Shown piece by piece: positions 29,641-36,821 of a stretch of DNA of 64,000 nt (positions are counted from its first letter, which is position 1; every line of letters starts with the position of its first letter). Origin of the DNA: an uncultured Acidobacteriota bacterium (GTDB lineage Bacteria > Acidobacteriota > Vicinamibacteria > Fen-336); assembly GCA_963823195.1 (NCBI GenBank), contig CAWGKR010000011.1, forward strand, positions 534,122 through 598,121, read 5' to 3'. The notes beneath the pieces are model-generated. The model did not search any database. It saw only the letters and a list, made by a program, of their open reading frames with translations, and was not told the DNA's origin. A program made the position numbers and the translations under genes.

Positions 29641-31680
29641 TCAGCCCCTCCACCACAGGAGGAGCACGAGGCTCAGGACGAGAGCAATCACGTAAGCGAG
29701 GTAGGCGTGGAGGCTGCCGGCCTGGATCACCTTCATCCGCTCGGCCACTCCCATCACGCCCCGCGTCAGCGGCCCGTACAGGAACCGCTCGAACGTGGGC
29801 TCGATCTCCGACCGGTACTTCACCTCCCTCGGGAAGTGCGCTTCTCCCACCGTCTCCACTGCCCGCGTCGGCCGGTAGATCGCGCTGAAGATCATCATCA
29901 GGGGCTTCGAGAACGCCGTGGCCGTGTACTCCGTCCGCGCCGTCAGCTCACCGCCGCACCCCCATGTCGGCACTCGTCTCACCGCGTAGCCCGCCGCCAG
30001 CGACATCGCTCCCGCCAGTGCCAGCCCCACCAGCACCGCCCCCGCCACGAGAGGCGGCGCCAGGTGGTCGAAGTGTCCCGGTCCCGGCGCAATCGCGACC
30101 CAACTCCGCACCATCTCCGGCGCCGGACGCACCCCCGGCAACGAGCCCGCGACTCCCCGCAGGACCTCGAGCACCCATCCCGGGGCAAGCCCAAGCACGA
30201 AGCACATGAGCGCCAGGAAGGCCTGCGGCACGAGCATCAAACTCGGAGACTCGTGCGCCTTCTCCGCCCCCTCGCCCCGCGGCAACGCCAGAAACGTCAT
30301 CCCAAACGCCTTCACGAAACACGCCGCCGCTAACGCACTTGTGAGCGCTAAAAGAGCACCCGCCACAGGAAACAGGAAGCGCACGAGGGCTTCCGGGGAG
30401 AGAAGGAACCCGAATAGAAAGGCTTGGAAGAGCAACCACTCGCTGACGAAGCCGTTGAGGAGCGGCAGGCCTGAGATCGCCGCCGCGCCCACCAGGAAGA
30501 ACAGCGCCGTCCAGGGCATCCGCTTCGCAAGGCCGCCCATCTCTTCGATGTGGCGCGTGCCTGTCGCGACCACGACGCCACCGGCACCCAAGAACAGCAG
30601 CCCCTTGAAGAGGGCGTGGTTCAGGACGTGGAAGAGGCTCGCCGCGACCCCCACGGCGGCCAGCTCGGGCCGGCCTGCCGAGACCGCCATCATCCCCGCC
30701 CCCAATCCGAGCAGGATGATCCCGACGTTCTCGATGCTGTGGTACGCGAGCAGGCGCTTGAGGTCGTGCTGCATGAGCGCGTAGAGCACGCCGAGAATCG
30801 CGGACGCGCCGCCGAAGGCAACGACGAGGACACCCCAGACCAGGGGCGGCTCGCCGAGGCCAAAAGCGCACACCCGGAACAAGCCGTAGATTCCCGTCTT
30901 GATGACGATCCCGGACATCAACGCCGAGATGCTCGTCGGCGCGGCGGGGTGCGCCTCGGGGAGCCATACGTGCAGGGGGATCATCCCGGCCTTGACCCCG
31001 AAGCCGGCCAGGAAGAGCAGAAAGACGAAGTCCCGCGCGCGCCCGGGCGGGAGGACGGTACCCGCGAGGATGTGCTCGAAACTCATTGAGGATGCGGCCC
31101 GAGAGAGGACGAGGAACCCGGAGATCAGGCAGCCAGTGGCGACGTGAGACATCGCCAGGTACAGGAAAGCGGCGCGCCGCGCCTCGCGCCGCTCGTGCTC
31201 GGTCGTGACCAGAGCCGCGGTCGCGAGCGTCATCAGCTCCCACGCGAACAGGAAGACGATGACGCCATTGGCTGCGAACACCACCTCGACCGCACCCACC
31301 AGGACGCTGAAGCCCACACTCACGAACACGGAGCGTCGGTCGAGTGTCCCGTGGCCCAGATAGGCCACGCTGTAGACGGCGATCGGGATGGCCAGGAGAG
31401 CGAGCACCAGCAGGAACCACGCTGAAAGCCGGTCGATGGCGAAGCCAAGTGAAAAGCCCGAAGCCGCGTGTTGGAGCCACTCGCCGTGAATACCCTGGCC
31501 CGTCGTGAGCACGTGGACGGCGAGCATGCCGGTGACGAGGGACGCGAGGCACGAACCCCCCAGGGCGGCCCGCCGGCTCAAACCGGGCCGACCGGCGAAG
31601 GCCAGCGCGAGGGCGATGCTCCCGAGCCGCAGCGCCACGGCGGCCGGGAGCCAGGCTGCCGCTTCGGGTGCCTCCGTCAT
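29641..31680 (-). CDS. HyfB/NuoL-like antiporter-type membrane subunit, copy 1
   Basis: M56 of ORF 29641..31845 (MTEAPEAAAWLPAAVALRLGS..). Its ATG overlaps the stop of the upstream zinc-ribbon gene (ATGA). It has the same motifs as copy 2: GFGVKAGMIPLHVWLPEAHPAAPTSISALMSG, LLAYHSIENVGIILLG. Confidence 0.85.
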   Translation of the reverse strand: MTEAPEAAAWLPAAVALRLGSIALALAFAGRPGLSRRAALGGSCLASLVTGMLAVHVLTTGQGIHGEWLQHAASGFSLGFAIDRLSAWFLLVLALLAIPIAVYSVAYLGHGTLDRRSVFVSVGFSVLVGAVEVVFAANGVIVFLFAWELMTLATAALVTTEHERREARRAAFLYLAMSHVATGCLISGFLVLSRAASSMSFEHILAGTVLPPGRARDFVFLLFLAGFGVKAGMIPLHVWLPEAHPAAPTSISALMSGIVIKTGIYGLFRVCAFGLGEPPLVWGVLVVAFGGASAILGVLYALMQHDLKRLLAYHSIENVGIILLGLGAGMMAVSAGRPELAAVGVAASLFHVLNHALFKGLLFLGAGGVVVATGTRHIEEMGGLAKRMPWTALFFLVGAAAISGLPLLNGFVSEWLLFQAFLFGFLLSPEALVRFLFPVAGALLALTSALAAACFVKAFGMTFLALPRGEGAEKAHESPSLMLVPQAFLALMCFVLGLAPGWVLEVLRGVAGSLPGVRPAPEMVRSWVAIAPGPGHFDHLAPPLVAGAVLVGLALAGAMSLAAGYAVRRVPTWGCGGELTARTEYTATAFSKPLMMIFSAIYRPTRAVETVGEAHFPREVKYRSEIEPTFERFLYGPLTRGVMGVAERMKVIQAGSLHAYLAYVIALVLSLVLLLWWRG
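29690..30372. repeat. Direct repeat copy 2 (3' part of hyfB-like copy 1)
   Basis: See copy 1. Beyond the repeat the two genes remain recognisable paralogs, but the protein sequences diverge (WLLFQALLRGFTATTTLSRLI vs WLLFQAFLFGFLLSPEALVRFL). Confidence 0.85.
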
Positions 31681-32366
31681 TGGTCGACCCTCGGGACCGG
31701 GCGGAGCGTCGACGGCATGAGATCGCGCTCTATCCAGCCGCGGTCGTAGAGCAGCCGGACGCAGCCGGAGCAGGGCACGACGAGCAGGCTCTCCTCCACG
31801 AGCCGTCGGCTCGCGTCCGGAAGCGTCTCGCCGCAGCCCGGGCACCGACCGTCGTGCAGCGCAACCAGCGCTGGCTGCTGACCCTTCTGGATGGCCGCTT
31901 GATAGCGCTCTCTGAGCGGCGCCGAAGCGCGGGCGAGTGCCACTCCTCGTTCCTCCGCGAGCCCGACGGCCCTCCGCCGGAGGTCGGAGGCCATTGCGAG
32001 AACGTCGATCTCTTCCCGCCTCAATGCCTCCGCGAGCTCGGCATGCATGCCCTGGTTGCTGAGCCGGCGAAGGCGCCGCTTCGCCAGGACCTCCCCGCTC
32101 TCCTGCGTGGGCCCCGGAGACCGGTCGCCCTCGACCAGCTCCGCAAGCGCAGCCAGGTCCGACCGCAGGCGCTCGAGAGGTTCCAGAAGCTCAGCCAAGG
32201 ACTGGTGGAGGCGGTCCATTTGGGCGTCGAGGCCGGCCAGTCGGAGGAGAGCAACCGCGTCGTCCCGTACACCAGGTTGCGTCAGGGGAGGCGCCGTCGA
32301 CGGATGAGCCGCGGGCTCCGCGGGGCGAACTGGCGCCGATGCCGCAGGGTCCCCCTTCACAGTCAC
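31677..32366 (-). CDS. Coiled-coil protein with a C-terminal C4 zinc ribbon (COG1579 / zf-RING_7-like)
   Basis: 229-aa ORF. The helical middle region has heptad-like Leu/Ala/Arg/Glu content. The C-terminus reads VALHDGRCPGCGETLP...VVPCSGCVRLLY. The stop overlaps the hyfB-like copy 1 start. Confidence 0.65.
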   Translation of the reverse strand: MTVKGDPAASAPVRPAEPAAHPSTAPPLTQPGVRDDAVALLRLAGLDAQMDRLHQSLAELLEPLERLRSDLAALAELVEGDRSPGPTQESGEVLAKRRLRRLSNQGMHAELAEALRREEIDVLAMASDLRRRAVGLAEERGVALARASAPLRERYQAAIQKGQQPALVALHDGRCPGCGETLPDASRRLVEESLLVVPCSGCVRLLYDRGWIERDLMPSTLRPVPRVDQ

Positions 32367-32427
32367 TCGATCTGCCCCCTCCGGTGGAGGAGCCGCTCGC
32401 AGCGGGCCGGTTCCAATCCGTCTCCCC

Positions 32428-32907
32428 CTAGCACGACTCCTCCGTCACGAGGATCCACGCCCTCGTCCACCGCGTTGGGCCCGAGGAAGTTGGGGGCCGG
32501 CGGAACGCGTCCTTCAGCCGCCGCGCCATCCCGTGCCTCTTCTGTCGGCCAGGATTCGGGATGAAGGCCAGCCACCGGAACCCGTCCGGCGATACGATCT
32601 CGACGCAGATCGCGTCCAACGGCGCGATGCGAGCTCTCCATCGGCAGTCCAACCCCGAGAGCGCCTCGCGGACCGCGGCCTCGATGGCGTCGCGGCCCGG
32701 CCGTCCGCGGGGCACCTCGTTGGCGACGCCCCGGCGCTGACCACCGGCGCCGGTCACGCCCTTCTTCTTGGGAAGGACCCGCGTCGGGTGCCAGCGGATC
32801 CCCATCCGGGGCGTCGAGGGGGCTCCGTTCTCTCCTTGCGCCGGGCCGGTCTCGGACCGCCGCCTGCGTGAGGGTCGGGAGCTTCGCTCGCGCAAAGCGG
32901 AGCTCAT
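32428..32907 (-). CDS. Small protein of unknown function (paralog family, copy 2). The N-terminal ~60 aa are Arg/Gly-rich and the start is uncertain.
   Basis: The ATG at 32907 shares one base with the upstream TGA. The core is GRDAIEAAVREALSGLDCRWRARIAPLDAICVEIVSPDGFRWLAFIPNPG...ARRLKDAF. An alternative internal start is M35 (32805). Confidence 0.35.
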   Translation of the reverse strand: MSSALRERSSRPSRRRRSETGPAQGENGAPSTPRMGIRWHPTRVLPKKKGVTGAGGQRRGVANEVPRGRPGRDAIEAAVREALSGLDCRWRARIAPLDAICVEIVSPDGFRWLAFIPNPGRQKRHGMARRLKDAFRRPPTSSGPTRWTRAWILVTEESC

Positions 32908-33302
32908 CAGGGCCGCCTCTCGGCGGACGCCAGGGTGGTCCGCCCCGACGACTTGTCGTCGGCAACTTGGGAGTCTTCAGAGACGAACTCCCGGACGTAC
33001 AGCATTCGCTGGCAATGCGGACAAGTGTGGACGGCGGGTGAGCAGCGCGTCTTGGACTCGACCATGGTCGGGAGGCGCAAGTGGCAACCCGAGCAACTCC
33101 CACGGGCGAGGGCGACGACTACCGGTGTGCGGCCGGCCTGGAGCAGCAGTTCGTAGCGGTCGAGGAGGCGCCGCGGCAGGTGGCTGGCCGCAGCATCCCG
33201 GTTTCGGCGGCTTGTCTCCGTGGTGGGTGCACCCGCGCTCTGGTCCAGCTCGGCAAGCTGTAGAAGAGCGCGCAGCTGCTTTGCCGTCGCTTCGATCTTC
33301 AT
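32907..33302 (-). CDS. Short C4 zinc-ribbon protein (COG1579-like C-terminus), paralog of 31677..32366
   Basis: 131-aa ORF. The N-terminus is helical (MKIEATAKQLRALLQLAELD). It then reads VVALARGSCSGCHLRLP...HTCPHCQRMLYV. It has an ATGA overlap with the upstream gene. Confidence 0.6.
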   Translation of the reverse strand: MKIEATAKQLRALLQLAELDQSAGAPTTETSRRNRDAAASHLPRRLLDRYELLLQAGRTPVVVALARGSCSGCHLRLPTMVESKTRCSPAVHTCPHCQRMLYVREFVSEDSQVADDKSSGRTTLASAERRP

Positions 33303-33742
33303 TTCGGGGTCCTTCTCGTCGAGTCGTCGGGCGCCGGGTGGGCGATCTCGCCTCCTGCCGGGAGGACATTCCAGGGGGCGTCACCAGGGCCATCGGCTGC
33401 GTCCCCGGGCACGTTCGGCTTCGCGGCGATTGGCCGGAGCCGGGAGTGCCGGCTACGCGCAACCCGCACTTCTTCGGCCAGATCCTCAGGACGCGGCCCC
33501 ACGTGAACGGGGACCGACATGGCCCAGCTCGCACCGTCCGGGGCGACCACGTCCAGGCGGAACCAGGTTCGGCCGTTGGCCGTGACGGACACATCCCACG
33601 GTCCCGGCAAGTCTCTTAGAGCAACGCGGAAGACCTCGTCCATTGCCGCCCGATAGCGATGGCCGGGAGACAGGCGGTTGTGCACGGTGATCTCTCCATG
33701 GGACTGAGGCGGATGCGGGACGACCAGGTATTCCTTCTTCAT
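33299..33742 (-). CDS. Small protein of unknown function (paralog family, copy 1)
   Basis: M25 of ORF 33299..33814 (MKKEYLVVPHPPQSHGEITVHN..). It has an ATGA overlap with the REC-like gene. The core is YRAAMDEVFRVALRDLPGPWDVSVTANGRTWFRLDVVAPDGASWAMSVPVH..PEDLAEEVRVA. Confidence 0.4.
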   Translation of the reverse strand: MKKEYLVVPHPPQSHGEITVHNRLSPGHRYRAAMDEVFRVALRDLPGPWDVSVTANGRTWFRLDVVAPDGASWAMSVPVHVGPRPEDLAEEVRVARSRHSRLRPIAAKPNVPGDAADGPGDAPWNVLPAGGEIAHPAPDDSTRRTPK

Positions 33743-34161
33743 GGGCGGGACCCCGAGGCCAGCAGCGTCGCCCGGTCGATCGCGTGCCGCACCGTCTCGT
33801 TCGAGGCAGGCCACGAGAGGAACGCGGTTGCCCCGCTCTCGAAGGCACGTTTGAGATCGGGGTCGGTCGGCGTCTTGGTGACTACGACGACGGCCGTGCG
33901 GGGAGAAACCTCGCGGATGCGGCGAAGGAGGAGGAGATCGGTGGCCGCGAGGGGACCCGCGGCGAGGAGGACTGCCTGTACGACACCTCTGGCGAGCACG
34001 GTAAGGACGCCGTCAAGTCGTGCGACGCGGTCGGTGGCGTAGCCCTCGCTGGTGAGGAGCATCCCAACCTCAGGCTGCCAATCTTGGGCCTCGCCCACGA
34101 GCACGACGAGTTTCGAGCGCGGAGAGCTATCGAGAGCAGCCCGCCGCTTCTGGGCCTTCAC
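33739..34161 (-). CDS. Stand-alone receiver-like (CheY-fold) protein lacking the phospho-acceptor Asp (pseudo-receiver)
   Basis: 140-aa ORF with a REC-like alternation: KLVVLVGE (beta1), AVLLAAGPLAATDLLLLRRIRE (beta3/alpha3), AVVVVTKT (beta4), GATAFLSWP (beta5). The positions expected for DD, D57 and K109 read GE, A and W. Confidence 0.6.
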   Translation of the reverse strand: MKAQKRRAALDSSPRSKLVVLVGEAQDWQPEVGMLLTSEGYATDRVARLDGVLTVLARGVVQAVLLAAGPLAATDLLLLRRIREVSPRTAVVVVTKTPTDPDLKRAFESGATAFLSWPASNETVRHAIDRATLLASGSRP

Positions 34162-34309
34162 TGGAATTCGGTAGTGCGAGAGGCGTGCCCGAGGACGTCG
34201 TTACCTCTATCTTGCTGATCCCACGGCGTTAAGGTGCCTTGAGCAACGGAAAGCCCTGGAGCTTCAAGAGGCTCGTACGTGCCGATTCAGCACTGTCCGC
34301 CCGGATTTG

Positions 34310-34325
34310 TGCGGCTGAAGTGCCG
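34310..34325 (-). promoter_or_regulatory. Candidate sigma-54 -24/-12 promoter element upstream of the Ehr-like operon (weak call)
   Basis: The minus strand reads CGGCACTTCAGCCGCA against the consensus TGGCAC-N5-TTGCA. GG and GC have the correct 10-nt spacing, and it lies about 150 nt upstream of the REC-like start. A second candidate is AGGGCTTTCCGTTGCT (34257-34242), with a perfect TTGCT but a poor -24 element. Confidence 0.25.
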
Positions 34326-34339
34326 TTCTAGCACTTCAG
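34315..34339. repeat. Perfect 9-bp inverted repeat (CTGAAGTGC-N7-GCACTTCAG) between ntrC-like and the operon
   Basis: Read directly from the sequence. It lies about 45 nt after the ntrC-like stop (34383) and overlaps the sigma-54 candidate. It could be a terminator-like hairpin (there is no U tract) or a palindromic activator site. Confidence 0.5.
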
Positions 34340-34382
34340 GGTCCTCTCCAGGCCCTTGGGAGCGCCGAATCGGCGCGAGGCG

Positions 34383-35741
34383 TTAGGACCGGCGACGGCG
34401 CAAGCCGTAGCGGCGGATCTTGCTATGAAGGGTCCGCAGCCCGATACCGAGCACCTGGGCGCTCTCCTTGACCGTGGGATAGGAGTCGAGCGTCCGCTGA
34501 ATCACCTGCCGCTCCACTCCGTCCAAACGGGAGCCGACCGTGATCTGGATGACCCCGGCGACGACCTTGCGAACGCCCGCGGGCAGGTCTTCGATCTCGA
34601 CCATCGGCTTCGAACCGATCAGGGCGGCGCTCTCCATGACGTTGCGCAGCTCCCGGACGTTGCCTGGCCACTCGTAACGCTCGAGGAGCGCCAGCGCTTC
34701 TGGGCTAAGCCGCTTCACAGGCAAGTTCGCGTTGCGCGTTACTTCGTCGAGAAATCGTTGGGCGAGCACGGGGATCGCCTCTCGGCGGGCGCGCAGGGGC
34801 GGTACCTCGAGGCTGATGACCTTGAGCCGGTAGTACAGGTCGGCGCGGAAGCGGCCTGCCGCGACGGACTCTTCCAAGCTGACGTTGGACGCGGCGACCA
34901 CGCGGAGCTTGACCTTGATCTTGCGCGTACCGCCCACCCGCCGGAACTCGCGGCGCTCGATCGCGCGCAGCAGCTTGGCCTGGCAGCCAATGCCCATCTG
35001 GCTAACCTCGTCCAGGAATAGTGTCCCCCCATCGGCCGTCTCCATGACGCCGGGCTTGGGCCGGTCCGCGCTCGTGAAAGCACCCTTCTCGTGTCCGAAC
35101 AGCTCGCTTTCGAGGATCTGGTCCGAAAGCGTCGCGCAGTTGATTGGAACGAAGGGTCCAGAGGGATGCGAGCCCAGCGTGTGCAGAGCGCGAGCGATCA
35201 GCTCTTTGCCTGTGCCGCTCTCCCCCAACACCAGCACCGTAGAGTCGTGCGGCGCCACGCGCTTCAGCGTTTCGAAAAGCTCCTGCATGGCTCGCGACTC
35301 GCCCACTAGGCCAAGCTTGGCCATCTCGGCACTGGCGACGGACGGCGGCGTGGAGACAGCGCCGGAGGCGCCGGCCCGCTCGACGGAACGATCGAGGGCA
35401 GCAAGCAGGTTGTCCAGTTGGATGGGCTTCGCCAAGAAATCCGAGGCCCCGCGCTTCATCGCCTCGACGGCGGAGTCGATCGTCCCGAAGCCAGTGACGA
35501 CGATCGCGGGGAGCCCGGGAGCCTCCTTGAGCACCGCGTCGAGGACGGCGAGGCCGTCCATATCGGGAAGCTTCAGGTCCAGGATCAGCGCGTGGAGCGT
35601 CTCATGCCGCGCGACCGCCAGCGCGGCCCGGCCGTTGGCCGCCTGGTGAACAGTCTCGCCGCGTCTTTCGAGGACATAAGCGAGGCTGACGCGGCTCTCG
35701 GCGTGGTCCTCGACGAGCAGGATCGAACGCCCGCCGCCCAC
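34383..35741 (-). CDS. Sigma-54-dependent response regulator (NtrC family: REC + AAA+ + Fis-type HTH)
   Basis: Intact 452-aa ORF. Motifs: ILLVEDH...ALILDLKLPDMDG, GESGTGKELIARALH, GAFTSA (the GAFTGA variant), LFLDEV, ELRNVMESA. The C-terminal HTH is VKESAQVLGIGLRTLHSKIRRYGL. Confidence 0.9.
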   Translation of the reverse strand: MGGGRSILLVEDHAESRVSLAYVLERRGETVHQAANGRAALAVARHETLHALILDLKLPDMDGLAVLDAVLKEAPGLPAIVVTGFGTIDSAVEAMKRGASDFLAKPIQLDNLLAALDRSVERAGASGAVSTPPSVASAEMAKLGLVGESRAMQELFETLKRVAPHDSTVLVLGESGTGKELIARALHTLGSHPSGPFVPINCATLSDQILESELFGHEKGAFTSADRPKPGVMETADGGTLFLDEVSQMGIGCQAKLLRAIERREFRRVGGTRKIKVKLRVVAASNVSLEESVAAGRFRADLYYRLKVISLEVPPLRARREAIPVLAQRFLDEVTRNANLPVKRLSPEALALLERYEWPGNVRELRNVMESAALIGSKPMVEIEDLPAGVRKVVAGVIQITVGSRLDGVERQVIQRTLDSYPTVKESAQVLGIGLRTLHSKIRRYGLRRRRS

Positions 35742-35744
35742 GGT

Positions 35745-36440
35745 CTACGACCCCACGGGCGCGGGGAAAAGCATCGTGACCGTGGTCCCCTCCCCCGCCG
35801 CGCTGGAGATCTCGAGGGAACCCCCGTGTTGCTCGGCGATGCGGCGCACCAGCGGGAGCCCCAGTCCCGTTCCCCCCTCTCGTGTCGTGAAGAAGGGCGT
35901 GAGGGCCTGCCCTCGAGTTTCAGGGCTCATGCCTTCGCCATCGTCGACGACGGCGACCACCAGACAGCTCTTGTCCCCTGCTGTTCTCACGATGACATGC
36001 CCGCCGGCCGTCGTGGCTTGAAGGGCATTCAGCACCAGGTTGAGAATGGCCTGTTTGAGCTGAAAGCCGTCGACCGATGCGAACGCGGGACCGCGAATAT
36101 CGAGATCTAGGGCCACTCCCTTTTTCGAGCACTCCGGCGCGATGAAGCCCGCGAGGTCTGTGATCAGGGGTCGCACCGGCAGGCGTTCGACGTTCAAGCT
36201 CGGTGGGCGGGCGAACCTCAAGAACTCCGAGACGAAGTCATCAAGGCGCTTGATCTCCCCGGCAATGTTGCGGAGGACCTTGAACGCGTGCGCGTCGGGA
36301 TCGGGCAGGGACTCCAACAGCTCCTGCTCCAAGATGCTGAGGTTGATTTGTACCGAGTTGAGTGGGTTGCGGACCTCGTGGGCGACGCCAGCGGCGAGGG
36401 TCTCGATGAGGCCGGGCGCTGGCGGGGGGTCGGCTTCCAT
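35745..36440 (-). CDS. Histidine kinase core only (HisKA + HATPase_c), with no sensor or TM region
   Basis: 231-aa ORF. The H-box AAGVAHEVRNPLNSV starts about 15 aa from the N-terminus. The N/G boxes are LNLVLNALQAT, DDGEGM and GTGLGLPLVRRIAEQHGG. There is a 3-nt gap to the ntrC-like gene. Confidence 0.85.
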   Translation of the reverse strand: MEADPPPAPGLIETLAAGVAHEVRNPLNSVQINLSILEQELLESLPDPDAHAFKVLRNIAGEIKRLDDFVSEFLRFARPPSLNVERLPVRPLITDLAGFIAPECSKKGVALDLDIRGPAFASVDGFQLKQAILNLVLNALQATTAGGHVIVRTAGDKSCLVVAVVDDGEGMSPETRGQALTPFFTTREGGTGLGLPLVRRIAEQHGGSLEISSAAGEGTTVTMLFPAPVGS

Positions 36441-36821
36441 TCTGCACCTGTATTATGGCCCACGCGGCGAATGCACTCGCGTGGCGCGTGCGTAAGAGCA
36501 GAACGGCTGCCTGGCGCTCTTGCCTCCTAATCTCGCGGACGGGTGGGTATACGGAATGGCTCGCTTCCAGTGAATTCGCGCGGCGAGGTAGGCCGCATCT
36601 TCGCCGGGATCGGGGCGCAGCTCGTCCTAGAGGCCGGGTCGAGCGCGAAATGACGGCAAAGTGGGATGTCGGCCGCGGACGCCCTTCCGGAGGAAGGCTC
36701 GCCATTACTCCGAGCGAGAAATCATCGCGTTCGTGAAGAGGGTGAAGGCCAAGGGGCCCTCACGGGCCCCATGGCGGGGCAACAGCGGCGCGGTCGCGGG
36801 TGAACGCCCCAGCAACGCCCC

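Noticed and set aside
36455-36736. A 93-aa ORF, and a fragment reading ..YSEREIIAFVKRVKAKG.., in the 0.44-kb gap between the kinase gene and the tRNA, considered as a possible IS or transposase remnant
   Set aside because: The resemblance to IS3-type OrfA is only a few residues long. There is no start context and no inverted repeats. I treat the interval as intergenic.
36753-36770. A GGGGCCC-TCAC-GGGCCCC hairpin in the tRNA-proximal intergenic region
   Set aside because: This is a perfect 7-bp GC stem, but it has no U tract, no flanking gene end and no further copies in the window. It is too little evidence to call it a terminator or a repeat-element family.
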